From Mustelus asterias (Eukaryota): a DNA stretch of 64,000 nt. Both the position numbers and the translations under genes were made by a program. Of the stretch, positions 40,201 through 55,200 are shown piece after piece (within the stretch, counting starts at the first letter, position 1; the number at the start of each line of letters is the position of its first letter). The stretch covers positions 108,996,001-109,060,000 of the forward strand of contig NC_135809.1 of NCBI RefSeq assembly GCF_964213995.1, read 5' to 3'. The notes below the pieces were generated by a model. The model had not been told where the DNA came from, did no database searches, and saw nothing but the letters and a program-made list of their open reading frames with translations.

Positions 40201-43200
40201 ATTTGATAGGATGATGCAGTCACACAGTCATCCTCATATTTATATTTAACTAAAGTTCCTTTTGTTAAATATAGAAATTGATTGAATTTTCTGATGCGAA
40301 CACCACTGAGGTATCCTGACATTGAAATACCTTTTCCGATTAATGAAATCAAGGGGAAAAAATCGCCTGTAAACACGTTGGCAAATTGTATAAGAAAACT
40401 GAACAATTCTGCCAATCCTAATTGAAATTAATTGTCTGAGGTATATTCAGTCAAATTGACGGCCGCTCCAGACCCCCAGTGAAGATTTATGTAGCATTTC
40501 CCAGTCAGCTGTCCACACCTGTGTCAAGGGGGTCACATATACCCGGGCTGGCCAGTGTATCAAATTTGGCCTGGACCAGGCCCAGCAGGAAGCCCGGGCT
40601 GCAGGATTCACAGCCATTGCAGCGATACCTAATGTGCAGGGGGCTATAAACTGCACCCACATTGCACTCAATGCCTCGTTTCAGAATCCACAAAGTTCCA
40701 TCAATAGAAAGGGGTTCCACTCCCTAAATGTCCAATTGGTTTGTGACCACAAGATGAACATCATGCGCGTCTGCACCAGACACCCCGGCAGTATGCATGA
40801 CAGTTTTATTCTAAGGTGATCAGACATTCCGGAGGCCTTTGAGGAGGAGCCCAGGGTGCAGGGATGGCTCATGGGTGACATGGGGTACCCGCTTCGGACT
40901 TGGCTGAAGACGCCTGCGTGGAGGCCTGAGACTGAGATGGAGACCCGGTATAATGAGGCCCAACTTGCCACCCGCTCTATAGTGGAGAGGTGAATAGGGC
41001 TCATGAAAGTGTGGTTCAGGTGCCAGGACCGCTCTGGCGGGGCCCTACAACTCAGCCCCCTGATTTCTTCCCGCATTGTGGTGGTGTACTGTGCCCTACA
41101 CAACCTGGTGCAGCAGAGCGGTGACCTTTTAGAGGAGGAGGAGGACATGGAGGTTGACCAGCTGGGTGTCACTGGGGAGGAGGCCACCCAGCAGGAGGAG
41201 GAGAAAGAGCAGGAGGGCCATACCGAGCAACACCACCCAGTTGCTGGAGGGTTGGCAGCAAGAATCAGGCATTCGAGGGCAGCGAGGAAGGTCCTGATCA
41301 CCAGGCGCTTTGCTTACTAGGGGCCTGCGTTTCTGCACGTGGGTTCCATTTCCACCCCCCCCCCCCCACCCCCACCCCCACCACCACCACCAAAGTCCTT
41401 CTATCTCCTGCAACATTGTAACACCAAAGTGGTGGGCCTGGATATGCTGTGTTAGTGAGTTTCTTTGGCAGGCAGGAGGGTGATGACAACTCGTTAAGCA
41501 CCATTATGATGATGCCTTGGTGCAATCTGATGAAGGGGAGGCAATGGCCTTGTGGTATTATTGCAGAACTATTAATCTAGAAACTCCGCTAATGTTCTGG
41601 GGACCTGGGTTCGAATCCCACCATGGCCGCTGGTGGAATTTGAATTCAATAAAAAATATTTGGAGTTAAGAATTTACTGATGACCATGAAACCATTGTCG
41701 ATTGTCGGAAAAACCCATCTGGTTCACTAATGTCCTTTAGAAGAGTCTGCCGTCCTTACCCGGTCTGGCCTACATGTGACTCCAGAGCCATAGCAATGTG
41801 GTTGCTTCTCAATTGCCCTCTGAAATGGCCTAGCAAGCCACTCAGTTCAAGGGCAACAAGGAATGGGCAATAAATGCTGGCCTGCCAGTGACACCCATAT
41901 CCCACGAATGAATTAAAAAAAACTCGTCTGACTCCTACCTGAGATCTGCATGCACACTGACACCTGGGCCCACGTCTGTGTAGTGGGTAAAGGATCAGTG
42001 AACTCCCATAAAGGACCCCGGGGTGGGTGCGGTGGGGGAGGAAAGGGAATTGCTCATGGGTTCTGAGAAACCAATGGCTTTTCTCAGTGACACAGCGTTG
42101 AGGAACCTCCCCAACTGACATCAACATGAAGGATCCTTCCAGCGACTGTCGAGGATAGAGGATCCCTGTTTGAGGCAAATCTGAGACAAATTAGTCACAG
42201 GTGGGTGGTGAAAAAACATTTATTGATTACAATAAAAATATCTAACATAAAAACGTGTGAACAGAAAACATAAAGGTGCTTAATAATCTACCTAACAAGT
42301 GCAGCCCTTCACCCATGCTATCTTAGTACAACTACAACTTACTAAATTTACAGATCAGCTGCAGGTAGTTTGGGAGAGCATTCCAGCAAGTTAAATGCAT
42401 TTTGCTTATTAGTATTGCGGGGAAGGCAAGTGAGCACTTGCAGGTGCGTTGATGGGGGGGTTGGGCGATCTGCGCCTCTGTCATGATTGGGGGCAGGGGA
42501 GAGAGAGGGAGGTGTCATACAGCCATCAGAGTCAGTGGGAGATGGGGACTATGTGCAGGTGGGTCTGGGGTGGAGGCTGATGCCACTGTGCCTGTGATCG
42601 GTACGGGGACTGGGGGGGTGCAATTGGTCTGGGTGACGGGGGGTGGGGGATAAGGGGGTCAGTAATGTTGGGGAGGAGGGCGATGTCCGTCAGGGCCAGG
42701 GGAGGCATTATCCGGCACGGGAGGAATGTGACAGATAGGGGAGCAGCATTATTTTTTTTTCGCATGCGTAGTTGGAGGCTCCGATCGGAGCGGCAGGGTT
42801 TCGGGCGCGTTAAGCCCCGCCCACAGACTTCTGCAGCGAGAATCAGGCTCGCTGATGATTTTGCAGGCAGAGTACGTATGGGGGAAGGCAAAAAATGGGC
42901 CCAAAAGACGGATCTTAAGCTCCCCTAGTTTCAAGTCCACCCAGCACTTAAGACAAAAAATGGTAAAATAGTGCCTAAAGTTCTGAAACCGAATGACCCT
43001 TTGTCAGAGCTGAAGACAATACAAAGTAGGATGCAGCAAAAGGACAGCGGCTGCTGAAGATGGAAGAAATTGACGAAGATGTCATAGACACACAAACAAA
43101 GAGAATGTAAATGGTGGTGATCATGGCTAAGAAGGGTGCTGATAGCTAAGAAGGGGAGGTTGGTCATGTTGGTGTTTCGGTGCATCTGCTGCCTTTGTTG

Positions 43201-46200
43201 TTATAGATCTCAGTAGTTGCGAACTTGGGAGCTGCCCTTGAAGAAGTTGTATTCGACCAAATAAAACAACGTATAATTTATTGATGGTGTGGAATGTAGA
43301 AGACTATTCCAGTTAGCAATAGCCTAAACTTGTCATTAGGTCAACAGAATTCCTTCAAGGTTGTGACCCTTAACAAACTAATGGTGCAATAGATGGTGCA
43401 CGCAATAAATGTGATGAAATGCTTTACGTATCATTGAAAGACATGGAAAGAATTGTTTCTCGCTGAGGCATTGATCTGAAAATTGTGGCTTCAAGTTTTC
43501 TTTGACACATTAGCTAAATCATTTAGAAATGTTGTCTGCCAGCCAGAAGGAAATGGGCGCTTACCTCCTCACTAACCCTCATTGATGGCACGCCCGAATT
43601 GGACATATATGGAGCATGTCTGTTTCGCATCGCTTCTGGATGGGCCAACACGGTGGTAAAGGGGGAAGTGCCGGTAAAGTTGGGTGTGCAGCCCTTTAAG
43701 TCAATTTAAATGCATGCAAATTGATTTAAATGGCCGTTGTGCCCATTTCGTGCGCCGTGCCGATCGTGGCCATTTTTGGGCCTTGGTAAAGAGGGAACTG
43801 GCGTGGAGGCTGGCGCAGATCGCACTACTCATCTCATGCCCGACTTCACCGGGTTTTCTGGCCCGAAAACGGGCGCAACACGATCGTAAAATCGGGCCCG
43901 TTTTCTGCCAATCAGAAGGAAATGGGTTGATGTTTTAGTCCAGGATATTGAGTAAATGTTTTGACTGCAACCTGGTACATTTTTGTGATGGAATGATGCA
44001 GTTAGACAATCATCCTCATATTTGCATTGGATAAAGCTCCTTTTTTCAAATACAGAAACTGATTTCCATTTCCAATTAGAATGCCCCTTGATATGTCCTG
44101 ACATTGAAGTACCTTTCGTTCACAATTGCTCATGAATTCCAGGGCAAATGGTATAACAAAGTTGTGTAATTTTGCCAATATTATTTGAAACAAATTGAGC
44201 TGTATTGAGGGATAGCAGTTAATACTGACTGTGAGGAAATTAAAAATGCGTAATTCTTGGGATCCTTAATGTAGCACTTACCTAAGAAATAGGAATATCT
44301 AACCGTAGATAAAGAAGCAAGGAGGTCAACTAAATTCATGTGCAATATTTGCATTTTAGCCAAAAGCCTTACCACTGTACTAATTTTTAAAAGCGGCATC
44401 TCAGCCTTTTGGCTAAGATGCAAATGAGATCAAGCCTTGGAGGAGGTGCAATGCCTACTCCAATCAGCTTGAATCATGTAGATCAAGCCCAAGATAGGAG
44501 GTGAGAGTGCTGTCTTGTCAGCTTGGATCGGGAATGTCTCAACTTGTTGAGACTCTGAATTGGACTTGATTTGATTGAATTGGAATAAAAATTTTAAAAA
44601 AGAATCCCTGTTATCTAGTGACAGCATTCCTGGACACACAAAGACACAGGGAAGGGCAGAATTGCTGTTCTCTCTGTCTATGACAGAGAGTGAAGACAGA
44701 AGCTCTGTACTCTCTAATTGTAAATCCAGCAACTCTGCTGAGGAGCAGATTGTGGGCAACTCCTGCATTGAAGTAATAGTTGTGACAGTCCATATGGTGT
44801 AGGTTTGATGCGCATCAATTGGACACGAGGCACGAAGCTTCGGTAAAAGAAGGCTTTTATTAACTAACAATGGAACTAACAGAACTTTAACACACTATCC
44901 CAGACTGAAGAGGTCCCGCCCGAGCAGGGGGTCTTATACCTCTCCCAGGAGGCGGAGCCCGACTGGGATGTGCCACAACAGTAACAACCACAGGTGTATC
45001 AATCCCACCCTAGCCCAACAACAACATTAGAACAACCCAACAACAACATTAGAACAACCCCACAGTGGGAACCAACGATGGTTCACCACAAGGTTATCCA
45101 AAGACCTTTGGGGATGTTGTTAGAGGTTTTCAGCCCTGTCACAATGTAGGATTGGGGCACATCTTTCCAAGACAGGAATTTGTCAGACGTAAAGGGGAGT
45201 TTAAAAGCAAATTACTGCGGGTTTTGGAATCTGAACCAGAAACAGAAATGGCACGAAATCTCCACAGGTCTGATAGCATCTGTGGAGAGAGAACAGAGCT
45301 AATGTTTTGAGTCTGGATGATCCTTTGTCAGAGCTGAAGGCAATCGAAAGTAGCATGCAATTTATACTGTTGTGGGGAGGGGTGGGGGAGACTCGTGGGG
45401 GCTGGATAGAGAGCCAGCGCATGATGAAGACGGGAGAAATTGACAAAGATGTCATAGACAGAAAAATATAGGGAATGTAAATGGTGGTGATCATGGCTAA
45501 GAAGGGTGCTAAAAACTCAGAAGGGGAGGTTGGTCATGTTGGTGTTTCGGTGTACCTGCTGCCCTTGTTGTTATGGATCTCAGTAGCTGTGAACTTGGAA
45601 GCTGCCCTTGAAGAAGTTGTATTCGACCAAATAAATCAAAGTATTATTTATCGATGGTGTGGAATGTAGGAGAGTATTCCAGTTAGCAATAGCCTGAACC
45701 TGTCATCAGGTCACCAGAATTTCTTCAAAATTGTAACCCTATTAAACTAATGGGTGCAATGGATGGTGGACGTAATGAATGTGATGAAATGCATTACGTG
45801 CTATTGAAAGACAGGGAAGGAATTGTTTCTCACTGAGTTATTGGTCTGAAAATGTGGCTTCAAGTATCCTTAGACAGATTAGCTAAGTCATTCAGAAATG
45901 TTGCTGCCAGCCAGAAGTCAATGGGTTGATGTTCCAAACCAGGATATTGAGTAAATGTCTTGACTGAAACCTGGTACATTTTTGTGATGGAATGATGCAG
46001 TTACACAGTCATCCTCATATTTGCATTGGATAAAGCTCCTTTTTTAAAGTACAGAAACTGATTACATTCTCTAATTAGAATGCCTCTGATGTGTCCTGAC
46101 ATTTAAGTACCTTCCTATTACAATGTTTATGATCCAGGAAAATATTTTGCTCTTGAATTCCAGGGCAAATGGTATCACAAAGTTGTGTAATTTTACAAAT

Positions 46201-49200
46201 AATATTTGAAACAAATTGCCTGAGCTATATTGAGAGATAGCAGTTAATACTGACTATGAGGAAATAAAAAATGCGTAATGCTTAGGATCCTTAATGCAGC
46301 ACTTATCTAAGAAATAGGAATCTCTTGAAGAAGCGAGGAGGTCATCTCAATTCATGTGCAATATTTGCATTTTAGCCAAAAGCTTTATCACTGTACTTTC
46401 TACTCCCTAACACAGTGAGTTGACATTATTCAGATTTTATGTATTTGTTCATGATATGGGGAACCATGTATAACATTAAGTTTAATTTATATTTGTATTT
46501 ATGTGTTAAAACAGGTTCTAGTTACATTCAGGTTTTTCTGAGTTATGGTGCTGGGGAGTCTGGAAGCATTAATTGTATTTTCAGGAAAATAGAGGTAGTT
46601 TAGATGGTCTACATTTGTATTGTTAAATATTAGAAATGTGGCGTAATTTTAAGTGGGTTTAATTTAGTCTTGCTGTGTTAGAAAGTACAGAACTCGAGTT
46701 AGATTCATGTAAGGCATTTTTTTTGCATCAGGGGTTTTTGGTTGTGCTTCTTTGTGATGGAGAGGATGACAATATGAAAACATGCTGGGAGAAGCATAAC
46801 ATTGTAGATTTGCAACCAGGGGCATGTTAATGGTAGGAAGGCTTTTTAATTGTTGTTTTTGCTGAATTCGTTAGCAGTTGGATTCACAAAGCTAAAGAGG
46901 GAATGTATTTTAAGGCTTTGCTCATAGGAAAACCATACCATGGAGTAATATTTAAGAAAACAAGTGCAGGAAACTTAATGAACTGCTAGTTTAAGGAGCA
47001 TGGAGAAATGAAGAGAAGGTTCCAAGAAGATTGAAGCTGAAGAAACATAGATGAACTGCCGTTGGGAACAGAACACTATTTATGGAAGTAAAAATCAGAG
47101 ACAACCTGATAAGTTTGGCTACAAACAATCCACAGATCTGAAGAAATCATAAGATTTGGTATCCTTATTTCCAGTGTTTGAAGCAACAGTATTGTGTTGG
47201 GGACTGAGTACCTGAGATTGTGTAAAAGCATGTAAGACAATGGAAATCTGAAAGGAGAGGTGGAATCCTTGTGCTAGTTTCCTTGTTAAAATGTGGAGTG
47301 GAAACTTTGTTTGAAAGGCAGTTGGAAAACCTGAAGTGGATTCTTAATGCAAACAGGTGATTGAAAGTTTTGAAAGAAGATTTTAAAGCATGTCTTTTTT
47401 GGAGTGGAGTTTGGAAACACTCATATGACAATCATCTGGAGGGAACTTGAGGAAAAAAACAAGGAAGATCAGTTGAGTGAGACCGGCCATTTGATTTCAT
47501 CTTTGAATATTGTACACATTTGTAAAGCTGATGGGGGAGTACGGGAGTATTATATTATAATCAAACTTTTCCTGTCTAATAAATCACATTTTTCTTGCTG
47601 TTAAAAAACTGATTAGTAGACCTGTGATGATGTTCCTCCATGTTTTCTAAAAAAAAGTAAAAGTTAGAATCTTTTGAGCCAGAGTTTCATTCTGGGATCT
47701 TGCCATCAACAGTAACACCAACTGAGATTGTAACAGTGAACGTGCACTTGCGATGAGATTTTGCAACCCATGAAGTGTAGAAAGGAGTTTGTAGTTCAGA
47801 ATATGTAGGAACAAAAAATAAGTGGAAGCAGGAATCCCTGTTATTTAGTGACACACAAATCCCTGTTACTTGGCACACAAAGACACAGGGAAAGTCAAAA
47901 TTGCTGTTCTCTCTGTCTATATGACAGAGAGTGAAGACAGAGGCTCTGTACTCTCTGATTGTAAATCCAGCAACTCTGCTGGGGAGCAGATTGTGTGGAA
48001 CTCCTGTGTTGAAGTAATAGTCCATATGGCGTAGGTTTATCCAAAGAGATCTTGGGGATGTTGTTACAGGATTCTAGCCCTATGACAATGTAGGAATGGG
48101 CACATCTTTCCAACTCAGGAATGTGTCAGATGTAGAGGGGAGGTTAAAGTTACTGCGGACTCTGGAATCTGAACTAGCAACAGAAAATGCTGGGAAATCT
48201 CCGCGGGGGTTGGGGGTCATGGCGGCTGGATAGAGAGCCAGCAGTTTGTGGAGACATGAGAAATTGACAAAGATGTCATAGACACAAAAACATAGGGAAT
48301 GTAAATAAAAAACCTAAAACTAAATGGTGGTGAACTAAAAGTAAATGGTTAAGAAGTGTGATGATAACTTAGAATGAGAGATTGCTTGTGTTGCTGTTTT
48401 AGTACACCTGTTGCCCTTGCTTTTCTATATGTCAGTGGTTGTGAACTTGGAAGCTCTCCTTGGAGAAGCAGGATATGACCAAAAAGAACAAAATATAATT
48501 TATTGATGATGTGGAATTTAGGAGAGTGTTCCAGTTAGTCAAAGCCAAATTTTCTCATAAGTCAACAGATTTCTTTCAAGGTTGTGACACTTAACAAAGT
48601 AATGGGTGCCATAAATAGTGGGTGCAATAAATGTGATGAAGTGCATCATTTACTACTGAAATAGGGAGAAAGAATTATTTCTCACTGAGGCATTAATCTG
48701 TACATTGTGGCTTCAAGTATTCTTAGAAATATTAGCAGTGCAATGAACTTAGGAGAAAAACAATAAGTAGAAACACATATTTCTGTTGCCTAGTGACAGG
48801 GTTCCAGGGATACACAAAAACCCAGGGAAGGACAGATAGGCAGTTTTTCATATCTACAAGCCAGAGAATGAAGACAGAAGTTCTAAACTCTCTGATGATA
48901 AATCCTGTAACGCTGCTGGGGAACAGATTGTGGGGAACGAAATGTGATGAAGTAATTGTGAGCTCAGATTGTGGTTTCTTGATGCAGTTTGGAACTGAGC
49001 CAATCCAAGCAAGAAACCTTGGTGTTGAGATAGTGGCAAATCTTCACTGCGATTTTCTGTAAGGATATTCCTGGGATAAGGGAAACAGTGTGAATTTGGA
49101 ACATGTTCTCGTGTTTGTTTTGAAAACTTGCCAACCATTTTATGTAGTGTAATATTATTCATTGTTCATTTGCAAAAAACATTTTATTTCCATAGAATCC

Positions 49201-52200
49201 TTACAGTGCAGAAGGAGGCCATTTGGTCCATCGAGTCTGCACTGACCAGCATCCCACCCAGGCCCTATCCCCGCAATCCCCGCGTATTTACCCTGCTAAT
49301 CCCCCTGACACGAAGGGACAATTTAGCATGGCCAATCTTTGGACGTCTTTGGGATGTGGGAGGAAACCGGAGCACCCGGCGGAAACGCACACAGACATGG
49401 GAGAACGTGCAATTGGGCCGAACGCTGGTAAAGGGGGAATTGATGGTAAAGTTGGGCGCGCGCTTCATTAAGTCAATTTAAATGCATGCGCCGGCCGATT
49501 TGGGCACACACCGGAACGGCGCTCGAATCGGCCGTTGGTAAAGGCGCGATCCGCTAGGAATCGGGTGCGGATCGCGGCATAGGCTCAACGGGCGCGAAGC
49601 TTTGGTAAAATCGGGGCCCATTGTGTCACCATACCACCCATTGTTATAAAACGCACTGGAACTTTTATAAAATTAACTGACAATGAAGGAACGGGCAAAT
49701 ATTTCCAAATCAGAATTGTGTCAGACTTAGAAGATAAGTTGCGATTGTTGGTGTTTCAATGCACGTTCTGCCCTTGTTCCTCTAGATGTCAGTGGTTGTG
49801 AATTTGGAGGCTGTCCTCGAAGAAGCAGTACTGGACCAACTAAACCAAAATATAATTTATTGATTATGTGGAATGTAGGAGACTGTTCTAGTTAGCAAAA
49901 TCCTTGTTTTGCATCAGGCCAGCAGATTTAGTTCAAGGTTGGACCCTTAACGAACCAATTAGTGCAATAGATGGTGGTGGCAATAAATGTGATGAAATAC
50001 CTTGGGGGGGGAGGGGTGGGGGGGCGATTCTCTCAGAAAAATTCTAATGTTGAATTCATGGGAAAACTGGAGTAATTCATGCTGTTTTTTTTTCAGTGGG
50101 AGTTCAGACAAGAATCTCCCACACTGTGCAATGCAGAAGCCACCAGCGTGAATCTCATTAGATTTCAGGGGGTGGTGCCTATTCCTGTCCGGAGGCGCCG
50201 AAACCAGCAGGCCTCTGCACATACGCAGTGGCTCTGACCTGTCAACCACCCACTTTCTGGCCAGCTCGATCACTGGCCAGACCGGGACCCCCGGGATGCA
50301 GCCCCCCTGACCATTCCTGGGCCCCACCCCCCACCCCACCCAGACCGTCCCGATCTCCAACCCTAGCAGGCAGACCCCCCCATCCCCAGTTGACCCCTTC
50401 TCCCCGCAGGCAGACCTGCCCCTGGTAGCCCCCACCCCTCACCTGCCCCAATTGTCCTCCCTCCTTCCCCCACTGATTCCCATGCAGAGTGGCATCGAAA
50501 CCCCCCCCACCTCCACTGATTGCCCCCTAAGCCCCGTCCCTATCAGGTCCACACCCCTATTAGACACTGCTCATTGTCACAATGCCCCATGCCCAATAGG
50601 CAGTACCAAGGTGCCTGCTGGGCATGGGCATTTTGCCCCTTGGGCAGTGCCATGGAGCACAGGCTGGCACTGCCAAGGTGCCCATGCCCAGGGGGCACCA
50701 CCCCCCACCGCCTGACCACTTGGGGGGGTCCCGATTGCTCCCCCCCCCCCCTTCATTCCAGCCGGGTGGTTCTGATAGCTTCCCGAAAGTGGGGACCTAC
50801 TGCAAACCTTGCTAGAGTCAAATACTCTGGTGGGGTGGAAGAGGTTAGCGGGCCTGGAGAATTCAGTCCGAGGCCCACTAATCACATGGAAATAACATTA
50901 AAAATAAATGTAAATAACTTACCTGGTGTTCCCGCCAGTTTCCAGCGCAGATCTGACATCACCAGAAATCCAGCGCTTGGAGATGCATGCACAGCGGGAA
51001 TGCATGCATGAATCCTTTGCATGCCCGGACGTGAGATTCTCCCACTGCGCTGCACTAGAAAACTAGCACAGTGGGGTGGGAGAATCACGCCCTTATGTTC
51101 TATTGAAATGCAGGAAATATTTTTTACTCACTGAGCCACTGATCTGTACATTGTGGCTTCAAGTATTCTTAGAAATATTAACTGCCCCATTCAGAAACCG
51201 TTCCACAGAATCAGAATGAAGCAAATGCTTTGACTGAAACCAGAACATGTTTGATGAAATGCTGCAACACACAGGCCAGAATTTTACCTGCACGCCTGTC
51301 CCGATTCTGGAGGCCTTTCAGTTCATGCTCAGCGCTACCCACCCACTTTCTAGCATTATCTACACAGGGTTCATGCTCAGCAGTCTGTCCAAGTTCATGC
51401 TCTCATTGTCTACATATATTAGTGCTAACACCTTCTATCTACTTATCTTTTTCTCTTTTCCTCACTTAGTTCAGATCTCTCCTCAAGCCCAAACTCTCCT
51501 CTCTCTTCCACCTAGTTAAGTTTAAGTTTCTTCTTTACTTGGCTCCTTCCTGTTACCTGAAACTGCTGCAGACTGTGAATGAAACAAGCTCAATGTTAAT
51601 GAAAACAAAGCTAATGTGAAAGTTCATCCTCTTGGCAGGCAGCAGAATTCCATCCCTGTGTACAGCAGCAGCATCAGGTGGCAAACATGGCCAAGGCAGA
51701 AGGCCCAAATAAAAGCTGCTTTTCAAACTTGTGCCCAACTGCAAAACATTTTGTGCATGGAGTGTGTTGTGTCAGTAAGGAAATCAAGGGTCAGGGGAGA
51801 AGGGCAGCAGGATAGACATGAGGAATGTTATGGTTCAGGTCAGAAACTCCAAAGTGTTTTATGGAACCCACCTGAATCATAAGTTTTGCATCTTGAATTT
51901 GGCTAGGATAAGATATGTTTTAAATGACCCACTCGGGAGCATTTATCAAACAAAGTATATTTAAGAATATAGTTGACATGTATAGTGAGAAAATTAGCAA
52001 GAACTCTTATCAATTATAAACAAGAAACAAAACAACCACTATAATGTATAATCTTAACAAATATATCTAATGTATTAGAATCAAACAAATCCTAGAGACA
52101 AAAAACCCATTTCACAGGTTTAACACAGCAAAGACTAATGCTCATGTAATACTGGACTTGAGATCTTTGGATGAAGTCTCTAGTTCTTTGGATAGATTCA

Positions 52201-55200
52201 GAACAGTTTGAAGTCAGAACATCTTCCCAAAACACCAGGGACTCTAGGCAAGCCACCAACAGCTGATTTCCCCCCTCAGAAAGGCAAGATCTTGCTTTCA
52301 GCTAACCAGCAAAATTTCCAAAACCAGGGAAAGGGAGACTTCTTTTCAGCTTGATGTCCCTTCTAAAACTCAAACTAAACAGCAGCTCAAACTGAAAGGA
52401 AAGAACTCCTGTCACCTGACCTGCTAACCAAGTTTTTTTTACTAACAATGCAGTCATAAACATCCCAGGAAAAATATACAAACCCCTGTTTAAGCAGCAA
52501 TAAAATGACTCGTGCAGACAGCCTGAGAATAATGGGAAAAACAAACTGAAAAAATTTGCTTACAACTGCAGAGTACATGATTTAAAAGAACATTTCTTAA
52601 AGGTACACTAACATCACGCGAATGTCAGGACAGCCATGATCTATTGAATGGTGGGGCAAGCTTGAAGGTCCAAAAGGCCTTCTCCTGTTCCTATTTCTTA
52701 TGGTCCCATGGTCAGCATTTATACTGTTTTCCACCTGTCTGAGACACAATATCCTAAACATTTCTCCCAAATGCATTGGCTGGGATTTTCCGGCCCTGCC
52801 TTGGTGGATCCACTGTGGAGGATACGGAATGCCAGTCCAAACATCATTGGCTTTCTGTACACTTGGAAGATCCCAGTGACATGGCAATAGCAAAGCAATG
52901 GGCTTAGGGAAAAACTATTGGTTCTGGATTAAATCTGAAATACAGAAGGAGTAATTTTTGAATACTACAAATTTCACATTACTGTATTTTATATTTTTAT
53001 AACCAAGTTTTGGAATTTCATCAATGCTGTTCCAGTCTACTTGATAAGGGAAAATTAATGTTCACCATGAGAAACAATTCAGCATTCATCCAAAGGCCTT
53101 TAACGCAGCCTCAGTCTCTGAAATAAGAACATCTCTCCTTTGATACAGATGTGTTGGGGGCGATTCTCCCAAAAACATTCTAAGTGTTGAATTTGCATAT
53201 AAACTGGAGTAAGTCACGCTAAAGTTTAAAAAAGAATCTCCCACACTCTGTGCACTGCAGAGTGCACGAGAACGATTCTCATCAAAAACCAGTAGGTGGG
53301 GACTATTCCCGCAGGAGAGGCTGGCAGCAGAATGCTGATCTGTCAGCCCCGCGACCCTGCAATGCTGGCCATGCGACCCCCACCTCACCGGCATCCTCGA
53401 TCTCCCACCTTCCCCATCCCCGCTCCCCTTCCCCTAAAGTCCCAAAGCCACCCTCCCCCCAGCCCCGCTGTGCCTACCACCACCTTCCCACCCCGGCACT
53501 GCCAACCACCCAGCAGGCTGCTCCCATCCTGATGGCTGGCCTCCCTCTCTTCCCCCACCGATCCTGGCTGCAGAGTGGCAGCATGATCCCCCACCTTCAA
53601 TAGGCCCTAATAGGCAGTAACAATGTGCCCTCTGGGCATTAGCACTTTGCCCTTTGGGCAGTGTCAGGGGGTCCAGGTTGGGAGTGCCAAGGTGCCAATG
53701 CCAAGGGGGCACCCCCTTGGCACCCAACCCTCTGGGGGACCTTGATTGCACCCTCTTCACTCCAGCTGGAACAGGCCACTCGCTCCAGATTGGTGGGAGC
53801 TATAGTGGTCCCTGCTGGAGTGAAATATTCTTGGGCCCGGCGATTTCAATCCCGGGCCTGCATTCAAATTACATTAAAATTAGGGCTGCATAAATTATTC
53901 AGCTCCACGCCTATTTCCAGCACGGAGCTGATGGCATCAGAAATCCAGCACTGGGAGACGCGCTCAAGGCTGGATGCCCAGTGCGGATTGTACTATTCAG
54001 CCGCCGCTTGAATCTCCTGGCTCGCTGCGCTGAGAATCACCCCTGTTATATTTTAATATTGGCCAATTGCATTATCATTCCTGTTTCTGCACCTTTACAC
54101 AATGTACACAATGCCCTTTAGATTGTTTATATTTCTTTTGTACATTAATGAAGGATCACAGGCTCCCTGCACAAAAGACAAAAGCAGTACTGAAAAAAGA
54201 AAGTCAGATGTCATTCCCTGTGTAACTGCATCACCACATGACATCACTGACTAACCACACCATCAGCTTCTTGTTGCACAACACACCACACGTCCGTCAC
54301 TCACCCAATAGCACTTCCTGACACTGAGGACATCTATCGGACATCAAGATACTTCTCAATCTTCCACTCTCACACCTATCAATGAAGCTACTAATCTGTT
54401 ACCCATTTCTTGTGATCTCCAGAGACCTCCAGCTATTCACCTGTGGCAGGCACATCACCCAAGCATGTCATTGCACAATCACTGCTGTTCTTCACTCATT
54501 ATTGCAGGGCAAGGGCACAGAGCTGGGAGGCACAAGGATATCTACACCTCCTGAGCTGTGGGGAGATGATGGTTCTCTGCATCATGCAGCATTGCAGCAT
54601 CAGGAGGCCTAGCTGCTGATGAACTGTCTCTTGTGTTTGGAACAGGTCAAGAATTGAATGAAATGCAGGGAGTTAATGGCAATCAGGGGAAATCTCTTCA
54701 CTGTTTGGAGTAATACCTGGGGCAAAGGAAGATGGTTATGGTGGATGGAGATCAATCATCTCAGCTCCAGAACTTGACCGCAGGAGTTCCTCAGGGTAGT
54801 GTCCTAGGCCCAACTATCTTCAGCTACTTCATCAATGACCTTCTTCCATCACAAGGTCAGAAATGAGGATGATCATAGCTGATTGCACCGTTCGTGACTC
54901 CACAGATTCTGAAGCAGTTCATGTCCAAATGCAGCAAGGCGTGGACAATATTCAAGCATGGGCTGATAAGTGGCAAGTAACATTTGTGCCACGTAAGTGC
55001 CAGGAAATGACTACCTCCAACAAGAAATCATAGAAATCATAGAAACCCTACAGTACAGAAAGAGACCATTCGGCCCATCGAGTCTGCACCGACCACAATC
55101 CCACCCAGGCCCTATCCCCGTATCCCTACATATTTTACTCGCTAATCCCTCTAATCTACGCATCCCAGGACACTAAGGGGCAATTTTTAGCATGGCCAAT

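Larger units (their letters stand above)
31253..40447 (+). repeat. Intragenic segmental duplication module B
   Basis: Collinear with 51200-64000. Has a private deletion at ~32955 and a private Penelope insertion. Confidence 0.85.
43100..51200 (+). repeat. Degenerate exon-less copies of the intronic repeat unit, interleaved with TEs
   Basis: Recurring gtggaatgtaggagagtgttccagt...gtggcttcaagtattcttag (units near 43290, 45660, 48510, 49870; also 22770, 38700, 39300). No intact 90-nt exon found. Confidence 0.7.

Noticed and set aside
40450-41320. Domesticated HARBI1 gene
   Set aside because: 5'-truncated, two stops, and embedded in a TIR-terminated element
44391-44440. Functional U2 snRNA gene
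   Set aside because: Only ~21 nt match; the branch-point pairing region GTAGTA and the Sm site are absent
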